From positions 1 to 64,000 of IMG/VR virus record IMGVR_UViG_3300023281_001622: a stretch of 64,000 bases of DNA; one strand, 5' to 3'. Below are positions 23,701 to 30,104 of this stretch, one piece after another. The notes under the pieces are model-generated. The model was given only the letters and a program-made list of their open reading frames with translations, had not been told where the DNA came from and searched no databases. Each line of letters opens with the position of its first letter. Positions within the stretch are counted from its first letter, which is position 1. The position numbers were made by a program, and so were the translations under genes. This stretch comes from a virus.

Positions 23701-24724
23701 TGGTTCGAAACGAGTTACTGATGATTACACTAGATTCACTGACAAGATGGGTGCTCCTGGTAAGTTTGTCAGTAATCTGATCGTCTCAGGTTCTCATTAC
23801 GCTATGGCTCAATCCGATTATGAGATGAGTTATGATGATGTGTTATTGGGCTTGTATGCTTTTGGTGGTCTTAGGGAGTCTAGGGCGGCAGTTCAAGATC
23901 GAGTGATAGATAAAAACAATTCATACTACCATGTTAAGAAACATAGATCTGCTCCTGGATTGTTTGAGCATCGTCCACAAGCATTGCGTTTTCATAAACT
24001 GATGGATAGACCTACTGGATTGAATGATTTTTCTCTGGTTCACCATCCTGCTTCTCGTGTCGACATGAACATGTTTGAAGGCATGAAAATTGAGGAAGTT
24101 GATTTGTTGAATCGCCCATATAACGATGGTGATTCTATGCAGATGTCCACTGGGTTTTTGAAGAGCACGAATTACCGCTTAGCTATGATTGACACCTTGG
24201 AAACGAGTGGTAAATCGAAGGTTATGCTCGACAGGGTGTATGGTCAGGCACGTGCTACAGGGATAGAGCCTACGAACATTATTCCTACTGGTAAGAAACA
24301 AAGTTACATCACTCAGCACGCGCATGTCACTGCTGACAGGGTGTTTATTGTTCATGACAACAAGGTGGGCTTTGAGCGTGACAGAAAGAGCACTGAGCGA
24401 GTGGATGCTATCATGTTGGTTGAGAAGGATAACGTCTTATACGATCATGGGTTGAGCATGGCTTACAATGGCGATGCTAGTATCACCTACTACGGCATCA
24501 GCCGTTTACCGAAGCAGGTTCAGAAAGAATATAGGGAACGCTACAAGCGAGCTGATGAGGTGCAGAAGAACGGCAGTTTGGGCACGATCAATTCAGCGAG
24601 ATCGAAAAAGAACCCGAGAACACAATCACAGCAATCACAGCAATCTAAGGTTAAATCACCGAGTGTGAGGAGTGATCCACGGGGTGGTCGTGATTTGCGG
24701 CTACTAAGGCGTCTGGGTCGATAG
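11759..24724 (+). CDS. Giant 4321-aa putative internal virion / DNA-ejection (large polyvalent-type) protein
   Basis: 13-kb ORF at the end of the structural operon, apparently Cys-free, with Ala/Gly-rich hydrophobic segments near the N- and C-termini and low-complexity linkers. Confidence 0.65.
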   Translation: MLEEDNEQDDDLDLEVEQPDPLTPLREKKLTFEDIATRPEFQSADLDTRLGYIDNLAKHNKSLFEGQDAEEDNLYIDAQTQLQQRLVSSADAMKNAPEWSKEHHKMSYDTLVEFYDSDKTQEDFDKFEYQQAEVNQNLRMGEYSQYLKPLKSGADSVEMEVGGEVASLTDFSDAKSRVENGEFVYLATDDYISNTEDGYIDPDMPANIGRAYDAENDVWNEDVTLNNVKRMSADEEVKWAEDIVNAISGIEDVETLQSKIVEMGATRSQITKRVGMGLLSLNTGEYLLNSLYDDSAMSSEYGSEDDFNEFLSRSPEASEKYKQAVTRYNSRNGENSFYVKPLQWLGNTAVDILGDDVDSAELAAFGNLQQQYAQDWVSRNKDKAGVTRDDIKAVYGEEGNIKKDLGVTGWQELKETWRGAIQNAFGSTIGIVGGAGGGLIARYGDETSALADKMLRLNTLSAKDWWSGLKQNFKGATFEEHKKHESKVDKTFFEWQSHYDNKPRHMNAEQQAAWEAETTVLVDRLAEESMARATAYFGDEAGNVDDYNILKTPDLLAEASAYASNANPKSLERMQSILRVNPTTRGYRNERDDFALSLGTDGMNKLAQGYFGGHTAGWQELGVEVASMATGYAGAKMILKARKATRFATLAQTAPKEAVQKMLKQDALMLTKKGKFIKAASRAKYPAALIPASLAEGAEEGVVELGNPDITWDSFKHAVKQGMMGGAGLGVPVTAIAAHQTIKNEQANRDFVLGEKLGELVVEERDAIIGKLIESDANLTAEALYDAEDARQEIRSNTISVDDLEFTQSERAARFEDARGNYQEAKKASDAAPQDEALKQEAAAAFTYAVTAKQMYEESTQALIDAGKIDLQSKEGAVNPGDTKSSPKATQARSSSLPATSLPVAEQKGTGGKGTGSSKSNPTVDNLSDSAETRLENEQDESAWQEAKSKYNITFVEGGRKQTAQAFMKAAQQIQRDLNSKDPSVVEAARNEARVLGAKQRARAKYARKTGGDAVAGIIAEEADKFEALASGSTTSPAQTQDTTPPTPTPPPTVTAEERAAEDARIDQEAGEATAETDAPEVQRPGSRLKVTKKKAVKQEPTTTPQVGETRTVYKPDGTPVEVSVTAVSDSGAYRGDTQSGENILASGVDHFEQNPTTEDRAIVSSDISTTKKFQGVKMSELSDADLATADNVLTERIAKRPNGKQAADFASRADLTAIKAEVARRASATSQDTVGIAEPETSTQEEPAFVNLLLNAEQEREQESSGVASVSAEQEREQESNDSSESDSVDVLDTQHNSLSDAVKIATDVLDAPQNEEQTGVSFKAMVQSMAPGLDLSNIDVQFTDGDTTLGIVPYAYADGRQADKYTIKVSRKWRERLAKHVGVDDYSKATPAQKRLVALWVARAVDEETRHVVLFKNTTPEQRAEIAKDILADKKAVEVLGLYFKREGSLEQQENEDDANFHNRIVAEFINIVQQRAVYGLSNSEFMNMVAGLSDSVRKFVSSILQQLKAYLTGRQDVEYSPVVQDHINKLNKAIDVVMRDKSAQVQNVLPTEEFVPAKFDYLPQRGVEQEQDLELDYLRSVNDSLLRPVAGADLDTIDGAFGVNAQGNLFIRLSAQVLKQVQARLADVEAMKALQLKRAFPSLATVVANFNSRKVFVNAVSIIVDYTKSASVKADVIYKRYTNAVHSYRSAYDKWQALHEDKVAEAAPLKAAYEKSKSEGKEDTDLLDEWLRVVDDPAVDQARRGVERLHTELLLAENAMPKSFRRAMSTVMQVAGLAKSAPSVEYLKQRGLALGASVEARLERQALRERALQAVKPMIRFFENLNLTPFLGNSIRNHAPTKALMRFNDGNLDIAELGFLMSRLARQEVFVTITPRMVADMIGVKNRIIRMQKEGGKYDTKNDVILKRIDAVLDHKIVKSMDQSEIDRHYASDVFASDNFGTSVFFLRKDDTLRKDGKISYQLSPQHLGEFEAEAFNQKRAADVRYTMGANYSGRIHRAHKLGNISLTYKQAVERGDPAAPLTIGLEGTSRKSEGAPALLQAIADTLLVDEMGVPNDNKADANKVAIPFPGYIKKGAKNPNIQLEWTKAIGKFFRLISAQNLTDEQKSLHPVSQYADAILELAIQHYKNPSIYNYNNLMFRVMNLSDLVVEMKKQVVNQQQSIGEYRLDFRMLENIERQVQKANVSNINPLQLEQLLDTNTSVDAATAVIYKEGESSELFTNKDDSNKQTELNEQARVHGLDYKSTEKEAAQKRSLMLAVLFDLDIRKAKDWAAGFNSTRALDAHLFEKLDDAVVMYNSTTTSTERIQLAELLGAVTMTEGRNADFYTALRGMSEERQLQALRTALELDKEQLNSGGWSKSSVASLIEHSQSEQAIVGLKGKGSYGKVVMTRLLDYIQRYNLDEVFITSFINNGKEHRRVVGGVTTLEHLMEQTGRKRAVVNNIIGIMKGVRRARADVNQLTQDITIQEAKIKELTDKGITEKELDDAANLQVIGSYIMNLPPGKVDTPTFRKLFGRVGALDSTESTTQEFLGSLLSEKYGDVTVVVYDASGLNKKDVGYETNHLLLNEAGEVKAILMEGVDGHFSTGAEKIVSQLTVHALQAGLTEETTHSLDNLKLALDQYFAGDFIEVQTQAEVRALMEMQTKVTTLDESIFDDYKQRSHHWQVRQLESINADLAKVMGWGKATGDMYTHFSEMSNVDFIMATLLNDRMRHYVGHIAAGNTTFNATSSAISEESIANANTYLEVGKFDAFSADNSAIEQDMLSNVGEELTDEESANLGAGASADTQFGISPGTTYLSTYYKDDSAVSVFPQIVGFAFDMIAASDAVAATPSIDYKGQRDAQSDSIPSAHSVTDFFDYTFKEKQIKKSKQTARERIWFGIAEFNKEDRWVSINHTNYATPDSGLVNSTELRMYRDAKRAALEVYDAFKAKIDDLRKTQESIAKALADYDVSDTPFFIVDPTDMMHAHLKRDYAAVTARLSRAESSLAGRLRDDYAEGKAIEVGLEQYETRVLQERSYNRRAFKNNQQSKEMAVQSSLYKSPSDFNLQLQSTVDRILQQSNKLVDGDVNNRYAEEESVPLPQNVVNINDDASTSGSVVPQVTGSNTGNAVPSHSAVPSVSGVEQSPQAEIEAEEYTQRVKKRLYNTNGRYKKLMDESPNHPQAVEVNGLISTLADIATNKSFRMEVRNQANSTLSSLIGGKWSQFSSNANYLRSLSQAPAIIDQVVDGLNLKHKSIKNNPIFRHQQAGIADLFSKTNQAFKRGFMMMGEQDFGVHGNAGRMPYKVKQTDLTDRFTKSSNRAGALFMTQAYVGTLITNVSKGGAKQQRKQVFRNMSALMEGAIININNAKFLDRETLQLSEYAQDIINKALSWFEANAKATPQQLHDYLMSTLKGEKAEIAKGVIKEAVEFFQANQAGTEIRAAFHGKEVGAYERYLPYRGFDLNKTADLGLDGVNAEQYVDVSKSFERSRFELNDAEQTRGLDFNALRAILSGTNAQLYHAYTHDALTKARYDFGGLGVHSGINSAIRAQAMADKTLSREQQNALIQMSATMAQEVERQRFNDSSHNPHAGKVLNIANSAGSAGYAITLSSLQQAFLQTVPGYLAYVINHPIKGAKLTKNLIKMAFSFTQGQSNRLVGSSFDSYFDDVSGFIKQIAPEIYARGVDGIDELKHGASKLNMNEIHSLTDATLAAGTLPFKAMKTLMDLVLHATTGAPDAFLVRAIYATEFEARTGRTIGSDTFDNITATDIEAAIMSDVIALDIMAQSDSGKKGDFFQPVQRADKAGAALEVLRKSAGVYANHLLSKSAMLPAAFSMLRSKDMKLQGARIISDWTLQIVLFNALKIRSIAYLTGIVLTGKPNDEDEWDDLNAKLASGEGLTTDEQKRHASLKVEFDAYDQAVLEKQNSVLEAWHSVPGTGNKSKLWTGDDFMYSVGIKSAVEMTGMLTPVMAIPEINGLVLDGVKGLTARATGIDYAGRGSKRVTDDYTRFTDKMGAPGKFVSNLIVSGSHYAMAQSDYEMSYDDVLLGLYAFGGLRESRAAVQDRVIDKNNSYYHVKKHRSAPGLFEHRPQALRFHKLMDRPTGLNDFSLVHHPASRVDMNMFEGMKIEEVDLLNRPYNDGDSMQMSTGFLKSTNYRLAMIDTLETSGKSKVMLDRVYGQARATGIEPTNIIPTGKKQSYITQHAHVTADRVFIVHDNKVGFERDRKSTERVDAIMLVEKDNVLYDHGLSMAYNGDASITYYGISRLPKQVQKEYRERYKRADEVQKNGSLGTINSARSKKNPRTQSQQSQQSKVKSPSVRSDPRGGRDLRLLRRLGR

Positions 24725-24846
24725 GGCTATCTGGAGGGGTGCTAGCCTAGTGCCTCTGCCCTGATTACATAAACAAGCTAAAGTCTCTCAGAACGCACGT
24801 ATGGGGCTTTAAAGGCTATACCCTTGATTTACAAGGGTTTGGGGTG

Positions 24847-25047
24847 TTTGTTACAAAATTTGTTACAGTGCCTTTTGGTTACTTACGTAACTCCTTGCCT
24901 ATCAATGAAAAAGGGAGAAATGGAGCATAGCGGATTCGAACCGCTGACTCGCCTTGATGGCATTATATGTTGCAAAACTGTTGTATTTGGTCAAGCTTGG
25001 AATCCTAGTTTCGTATCTGGAACTACACTTTGTTACATTGTGTTACA
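24847..25047. repeat. Putative integrase arm-type sites (TTTGTTACA pairs) flanking the att core
   Basis: TTTGTTACA at 24847, 24859 and 25029, and TGTGTTACA at 25039. Confidence 0.65.
24921..24948 (-). other. attP core: 3' end of a tRNA-Ala (T-arm plus 3' acceptor strand)
   Basis: Reverse complement GTCAGCGGTTCGAATCCGCTATGCTCCA has T-stem AGCGG/CCGCT, loop TTCGAAT, acceptor strand ATGCTCC (U70) and discriminator A; about 100 bp upstream of the integrase. Confidence 0.85.
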
Positions 25048-25050
25048 CTC

Positions 25051-26073
25051 ATGGCTTCACACTACACACGAAAAGGCAGTCCCTACTACTGGATGCGTTA
25101 TATGGCTCCCGATGGAGCTTGGAAAGCGAAAAGCACAGGTATCCGTGTCAGCACAAATGGCTCCCTGCGTCGTGTTAAGAATATGGTGGATAAGCAGGAT
25201 TTGGAGGAACAACTATGCAAGGACGATGGTGTTGATGCTGCGTTTAGTAATTGGGTGGTGGCTTGGCTCGATTACCAATTCAAACCTACAACAGCTTGGC
25301 GCTATAGGAATGCTTGGACTCGTCTCAGAGAGTTCTTTGATGTTAAGGGTATAGTGCATCCACAGGAGGTGACTTACCAGATATGCCACGAGTATATGCG
25401 ATGGCGCACTGATCCAGAGATATGCAGGAAAGACTACAGGAAGCCTTGTGCTTGGAACACAGGGCTTACTGAGCTGAGAACACTAGGCACAATTGAACAG
25501 GAGGCTGTGAGGAGGGGTTACATTATGGCTAATCCTTGTTCTAGGCTCAGATTGGGGAGAAAGAATGTCACTGAGAAGAGAGAGATTACTGGGGACGAAA
25601 TTAAACTTATCGAATCCCAAATACACTCCTGCCTCCAGTGGATGCAAGACGCATGGCTTGTCGCAATCAAACAAGGGTGTCGATTAAGTGAGGTGCGAGT
25701 GAAGATGGATAATGTTAATATCAACACTGGCGTCATCACATTCGACGCAAAAGGAGGAAAACAGCATAGTGCTCCTCTACATAGAGATTTGTTGCCTTTG
25801 ATACAAAGGGCTAAAGACGAAGGTAGGGACGTTTTAGTAGACCTGCCTTATGGTAGCGTTCCTTCTAAGAAGTTTGCTGGGTTTTTTAAGAAGCTTGGTA
25901 TTGAGAATGTCACTTTTCACTCTATCAGGGTCACTGTAGTGACACGTTTAGCTCGGGCTGGGTATAGTGAGAGTCAGACAATGGAATATGTAGGTCATTG
26001 CTCGTCTATGGTGCATGCAATATACAGAAAGCTAAAGCCTGCTGATCTCAAGCATCTTGGAGATGCTCTTTGA
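25051..26073 (+). CDS. int: Tyrosine recombinase/integrase
   Basis: Catalytic R (GCRLSE), K (AKGGK), HxxR (FHSIR), GH and Y (HAIY); likely ATG start at MASHYTRKGSPYYW. Confidence 0.93.
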   Translation: MASHYTRKGSPYYWMRYMAPDGAWKAKSTGIRVSTNGSLRRVKNMVDKQDLEEQLCKDDGVDAAFSNWVVAWLDYQFKPTTAWRYRNAWTRLREFFDVKGIVHPQEVTYQICHEYMRWRTDPEICRKDYRKPCAWNTGLTELRTLGTIEQEAVRRGYIMANPCSRLRLGRKNVTEKREITGDEIKLIESQIHSCLQWMQDAWLVAIKQGCRLSEVRVKMDNVNINTGVITFDAKGGKQHSAPLHRDLLPLIQRAKDEGRDVLVDLPYGSVPSKKFAGFFKKLGIENVTFHSIRVTVVTRLARAGYSESQTMEYVGHCSSMVHAIYRKLKPADLKHLGDAL

Positions 26074-26323
26074 TCTGTTGTTGTCCATTGTTGAGTTTTT
26101 TCCTTAAATGCTCAATGTAAGCTTGTGAGGCTCCAGCTTGCTTTGCTAATTCACACACTTCTGCAATGTTTGCTGTGTATGTAAGATTGCCTATAAGTAT
26201 TTCGTTTGAAAGCTCAACTAGTAAGTTGAATGCTGATTGTTTGTCGTGTGATATATTACACATAAGTATCTTGTTACATAGTTCACTTAGTAAAAGGAAT
26301 GATGTTTGATCATAGTTTTTCAT
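26048..26323 (-). CDS. Hypothetical phage protein
   Basis: Last ORF of the leftward operon, converging on the integrase. Confidence 0.5.
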   Translation of the reverse strand: MKNYDQTSFLLLSELCNKILMCNISHDKQSAFNLLVELSNEILIGNLTYTANIAEVCELAKQAGASQAYIEHLRKKLNNGQQQIKEHLQDA

Positions 26324-26668
26324 CTTTCTTGAACAGGATGCCAGGCGAATAGTTTTTCAGCGTGGTTGAATCCTAGTTTGTATGCTCCGAGGCATGCTAC
26401 TGCTGTGAATATTATTGATAGTAATAGTGTTTTCATGGTTGTTTTTCTTGATAGCGGTTAAAGGTAAATGCAGATACATCTCCGTTTATTACACAAGATT
26501 CTAAGTAAGTAAGTAGGTCGTCATAGATTAGTTCTTCTCTTTCTCCGTAGAACTCTTCACGAAATGTTACTTCGTATAGTTTGGTTGTTGTTTCTGTTTT
26601 CATGGTTGTTTTTTTTAAGATTTGTTAGTGAGATCAATCCACTGTTTTTGTGTTTTTGTCGTAATTTT

Positions 26669-26869
26669 TCATGTATTTAGGATGGCTTCTTTTAGCATAG
26701 GGTCGAACTGATCTTCGGCATCAGCATAGTAGGGCTTGCCATTGAACAGCCAAGCAACTGTCTTGCCTTGCTCATTGGGGTCGGTTGTGGTGTATGCATC
26801 GAAGTGTTGCACACCATTGTCATCTATGTAGTCTGATAATACTTCACGGAATCTGGATTCTGCTTTCAT
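26669..26869 (-). CDS. Hypothetical phage protein
   Basis: Small ATG ORF, 4-bp overlap with the upstream gene. Confidence 0.55.
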   Translation of the reverse strand: MKAESRFREVLSDYIDDNGVQHFDAYTTTDPNEQGKTVAWLFNGKPYYADAEDQFDPMLKEAILNT

Positions 26870-27048
26870 GGCCTTGGCAAGGTGGGAATTAGTTCGTATT
26901 TACCTACGTTATAGCAGTCATTGCAGTATACTGATGTTACCTCGAATTCTAACTCTTGCTTTTTTTTATTCCATTGAGCATAGACATCGTAATCTAAGTC
27001 TGTTGATTTGCAGGATGGGCAACATGGGGTCATCTTTTCTTTTGTCAT
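26866..27048 (-). CDS. Small zinc-ribbon protein
   Basis: CPSC...CNDC. Confidence 0.55.
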   Translation of the reverse strand: MTKEKMTPCCPSCKSTDLDYDVYAQWNKKKQELEFEVTSVYCNDCYNVGKYELIPTLPRP

Positions 27049-27074
27049 GGTTTGGTTTGGTTTGTTTGTTTTGG

Positions 27075-27500
27075 CTATTCGTTATTGAACAGCACACTAC
27101 AACCTTGGAGGGTTACACCGTTGTTCTCCAAAGGAATTTCTTCGACGGTGGTGTATTCGGAGTCCAAGGTGTGAGAATACTCTAAGTAATCATCCTCAAA
27201 GTCTTCTGCCGCCTTAATGATTTCTTTGCGTGTTGCATTGTCTGGAACCTCTACCTCTCTGTGACTAATGTGAACTTCTCTCACTGCTACATTGTATTTT
27301 TTCATTGGTTTGGTTGTTTTTATTGTGTGAGTGATTACTCCTTCGAGGTTGTAGGTGTCGGTCAGCACATCAAGTAAAGCGAACGACCATTCGTCGGGAG
27401 CTGATAGGTATGCGTTTTGCATAGCTTGGGCGTTGTAGCCGAGGTCAATCATGCGTTTTGCCACAGTGTTGAGGTCAATAGTCAATAGGTGTTTGGGCAT
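27075..27500 (-). CDS. Hypothetical phage protein
   Basis: ORF in a tightly packed early cluster. Confidence 0.5.
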   Translation of the reverse strand: MPKHLLTIDLNTVAKRMIDLGYNAQAMQNAYLSAPDEWSFALLDVLTDTYNLEGVITHTIKTTKPMKKYNVAVREVHISHREVEVPDNATRKEIIKAAEDFEDDYLEYSHTLDSEYTTVEEIPLENNGVTLQGCSVLFNNE

Positions 27501-27501
27501 A

Positions 27502-27714
27502 TTAGTATTGGTTTGTGGTTTGTCTTTGAATTTGCTTTGCGGTTAGCTTGTTTTTCATAGGGTCATCATGAAATTGTGCATGATTGGATTGCTCTACGCA
27601 TATCAAGGAGATGGCTGGGTCACCTAGTGCATTACTTACGGCATCTGTGATTGTGGTAAGTTTGCGCTTGAGGCGCGTGTCTTGCTGGTTAGCGATGTCT
27701 AGTATTAGTCTCAT
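27502..27714 (-). CDS. Hypothetical phage protein
   Basis: ORF in a tightly packed early cluster. Confidence 0.5.
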   Translation of the reverse strand: MRLILDIANQQDTRLKRKLTTITDAVSNALGDPAISLICVEQSNHAQFHDDPMKNKLTAKQIQRQTTNQY

Positions 27715-27745
27715 GCCTTATTTGATTTGATTTTGTTTTTTATAG

Positions 27746-27976
27746 CTATCGGCATTCTGTGGTGGCTATTTCTATACATAGAGACGCCATGTATATGTTT
27801 TCGTTATTGACCAACTCGACATACCTTGTTTCTGCATCAGCTTTGGGGTTGTTGCCTTCATCAGAGGGAAAAATTTCGTAGTGATCTGTTCCTTTGTCTT
27901 TAGTCATGTAACTAACTACGTAGGTGTATTTCTTTTTTACGAAGTCTCTGTTTTTTGTTTCTTCCAATAAGATCAT
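27746..27976 (-). CDS. Hypothetical phage protein
   Basis: ORF overlapping the upstream stop by 4 bp. Confidence 0.5.
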   Translation of the reverse strand: MILLEETKNRDFVKKKYTYVVSYMTKDKGTDHYEIFPSDEGNNPKADAETRYVELVNNENIYMASLCIEIATTECR

Positions 27977-28179
27977 ATCAGTGTGTTTATTGTGAGTTCG
28001 TACATCAGATCGTTTTTTGTTCCTAACTCATCGAGTTGTTCTTCTGTGGCTATTTCACCATCCACTAGGGCATAGTCTAGAAATGCATCACAAAAGTCTG
28101 GATAGTCTGATGGGTCGATTCCATCTATAACTGCGTCGCTTATTACGACGTCTTTGCCTTGTAGGTTGGTAATCATCAT
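27973..28179 (-). CDS. Small acidic phage protein
   Basis: DGID.SDYPDFCDAF motif, recalled as common in small phage proteins. Confidence 0.6.
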   Translation of the reverse strand: MMITNLQGKDVVISDAVIDGIDPSDYPDFCDAFLDYALVDGEIATEEQLDELGTKNDLMYELTINTLI

Positions 28180-28227
28180 AGTGATTTTGGGTTTGGTTTT
28201 TTAGCTCTTGTTGAGCTCAAAGATAAA

Positions 28228-28490
28228 TTACTACGGGTGATAGGCCGTTTGTCCTTCGTTACAGGACTCGTACTATTTCAGATGTATCTTGTGGGAATAG
28301 TGGCCTAGATTTGCCACCCACAATTAAGAGATAGTTCCTATTCTAGGCACGCCTTCTCTTAATACATCACTCACCTTCCTGCCTCTTTTACAACAGAGGA
28401 CGCCTCGTAGTGACTCTTCTAGGGGTGGGCGTAGTTTCCCTCCATGCCAATGAATAGTTTAGTTGCCTAAACAGCTTCACGCCCCCTCAG
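28228..28490 (-). ncRNA. Candidate highly structured ncRNA with two pseudoknot-like pairings
   Basis: About 300-nt gap with at least 9 complementary segment pairs (see findings); strand inferred from the operon. Confidence 0.6.
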
Positions 28491-28496
28491 AAATTG

Positions 28497-28775
28497 TTAT
28501 TTGTCAGATGGCTTTTTTGTCTTCCAAGATAGCTTACCTAGGCATCTGACGAATAGGTAGTAACTTGTTGCTATCACTTCCCAGTATAGGGAATGTTTGG
28601 ATTGTCGTATCATGTGCATGAGAAACCTGGTGTCTGCTTCTGCTCTGTCATACTTGTCTGTTTCGTAGTCAAGATCGTGTATTTTGCAGCTGGCGTTGAA
28701 CTTAACACTAAGTATTTTTCTGATTAACTTAGGTGTCCACCAAGCGCCACAGTGATAGGTTTCTTTGCTTTTCAT
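28497..28775 (-). CDS. Phospholipase A2-like small protein
   Basis: YHCG...FNASCKIHDLDY (CxxHDxxY)...AD.RFL...YY..VR..G. Confidence 0.55.
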   Translation of the reverse strand: MKSKETYHCGAWWTPKLIRKILSVKFNASCKIHDLDYETDKYDRAEADTRFLMHMIRQSKHSLYWEVIATSYYLFVRCLGKLSWKTKKPSDK

Positions 28776-29062
28776 GAGGTCACTGAGGTTGGTTGGTGTT
28801 TGGTCGCATGCACATCCCAGCTTAGAGCTTCAATAATTTCCCACCCTTCCTTAACACTCATCTCATGCATTGTCTTTTGCAGGTGGTCACCCCAGTCGCA
28901 GGGTGTAATGTCGAACATAGCGAGGTCATCCATGTGCCAGATGATTGGGTCACATGCTATAACATCAGCGGGGTATCCACTTCCTGGGGTCACCACTCCA
29001 AGCCCATGTTTCTTCATAATTGCTTGGCAATCTTTGACTGCTTGTATTTGCTTTTGTTTCAT
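28772..29062 (-). CDS. Hypothetical phage protein
   Basis: ORF in operon, 4-bp overlap. Confidence 0.5.
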   Translation of the reverse strand: MKQKQIQAVKDCQAIMKKHGLGVVTPGSGYPADVIACDPIIWHMDDLAMFDITPCDWGDHLQKTMHEMSVKEGWEIIEALSWDVHATKHQPTSVTS

Positions 29063-29069
29063 GAGTTTA

Positions 29070-30104
29070 TTATGAATATTGATTTGCCATTGCGTTTGCT
29101 ATGCCTTGGTATGTAAGACTTCTTTTTTTCCATCTATCGGCTGATGGAGCCAATTTGTTTTGTCCTGTTTTTGTTTGGTTTTGCCAATACCACTTACCTG
29201 CTTTGTTTTGATGGCCATGTTCTTCGATGTTTAGAACATGTGTTGGCTCTAGTAAGGGTAGATTTTTAAGCCATAGACACGTGCGTTTGCTTTCTGGGTG
29301 TCCATGTTCCCATGGTTGTATAGATTGGTTTGCAGGTCTGATTTTTGTTCCTATGCATCCTACTGGGTTTTCGATAAGGATTTGCTCGGCTTTTGCATTC
29401 ATAATGCTTTCAACAAAGCTTAATGCTTGTTCTGTTTTTAGCTGACGCTTACCTGATGGATCGTGTTTTGGTAGGTTTCTCCACAATGCTGCTGATGTGA
29501 GGTATGTGCATGGAGGGAATGCAAGTATCATGTCCCATTCTTGTTTTAGCAGTAGGGATACGTCACCTAAGGCATGAGGGTTTTTATGACTGCCTTCGCT
29601 TGGCAACAGATCACAGGATATTGCGTCATGACCTTTTGCTATAAAGGCATCTCGAACGCGTCCTGAATACTCACAGGCTACTAATATGCGCTTATTGCTT
29701 TTAGCTACTGAGATATTTGGCAGTAACGGAGCAACTGCACTTGTGACAATGACTGCCCCTTTGAGGAACTGTTTGAATGTTTTGTCAGCTAGGATTTGCC
29801 AGTTGTTACCTTTAGTCATCACAATTTTATCTTTTTGGATGTCAAACTCTACATAATCATTAACGGAGGCTTTGAGTGTCTCTGTGATTTTATCAGTATT
29901 TGTGTCGATGATCGGTCGGTGTGGCGTGCCAGATATCTTTCTACTGCCTTCTGGGTTTTTAGTGATTACGATGCTTTCATTGAGCCATTTGATGTCGAAT
30001 CTATCACCAGCTTTCCAATCCTGGCTGCTTAATGCTACGCCTTCTATCCACAACCTTGCTTTGCCTCTATTGGATCCTATTTTTCTGTTTACTGTTGTTT
30101 TCAT
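29070..30104 (-). CDS. DNA cytosine methyltransferase-like protein with an extra N-terminal domain
   Basis: ILVACEYSG, SCDLLP, FPPCT (catalytic PC), ENPVG, QPW..GH and K.TCLWL; about 135-aa N-terminal extension. Confidence 0.75.
   Translation of the reverse strand: MKTTVNRKIGSNRGKARLWIEGVALSSQDWKAGDRFDIKWLNESIVITKNPEGSRKISGTPHRPIIDTNTDKITETLKASVNDYVEFDIQKDKIVMTKGNNWQILADKTFKQFLKGAVIVTSAVAPLLPNISVAKSNKRILVACEYSGRVRDAFIAKGHDAISCDLLPSEGSHKNPHALGDVSLLLKQEWDMILAFPPCTYLTSAALWRNLPKHDPSGKRQLKTEQALSFVESIMNAKAEQILIENPVGCIGTKIRPANQSIQPWEHGHPESKRTCLWLKNLPLLEPTHVLNIEEHGHQNKAGKWYWQNQTKTGQNKLAPSADRWKKRSLTYQGIANAMANQYS

Noticed and set aside
24880-25000. Complete tRNA gene
   Set aside because: Only the T-arm and 3' acceptor strand are present, with no anticodon or D arms, so it is interpreted as the attP core
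24824-25354. 176-aa ORF spanning attP
   Set aside because: Overlaps the att site and the integrase in another frame; likely spurious
28245-28285. Hammerhead ribozyme (GAGTCC...GGAC-AAAC on the - strand)
   Set aside because: The CUGANGA and GAAA core nucleotides are not intact
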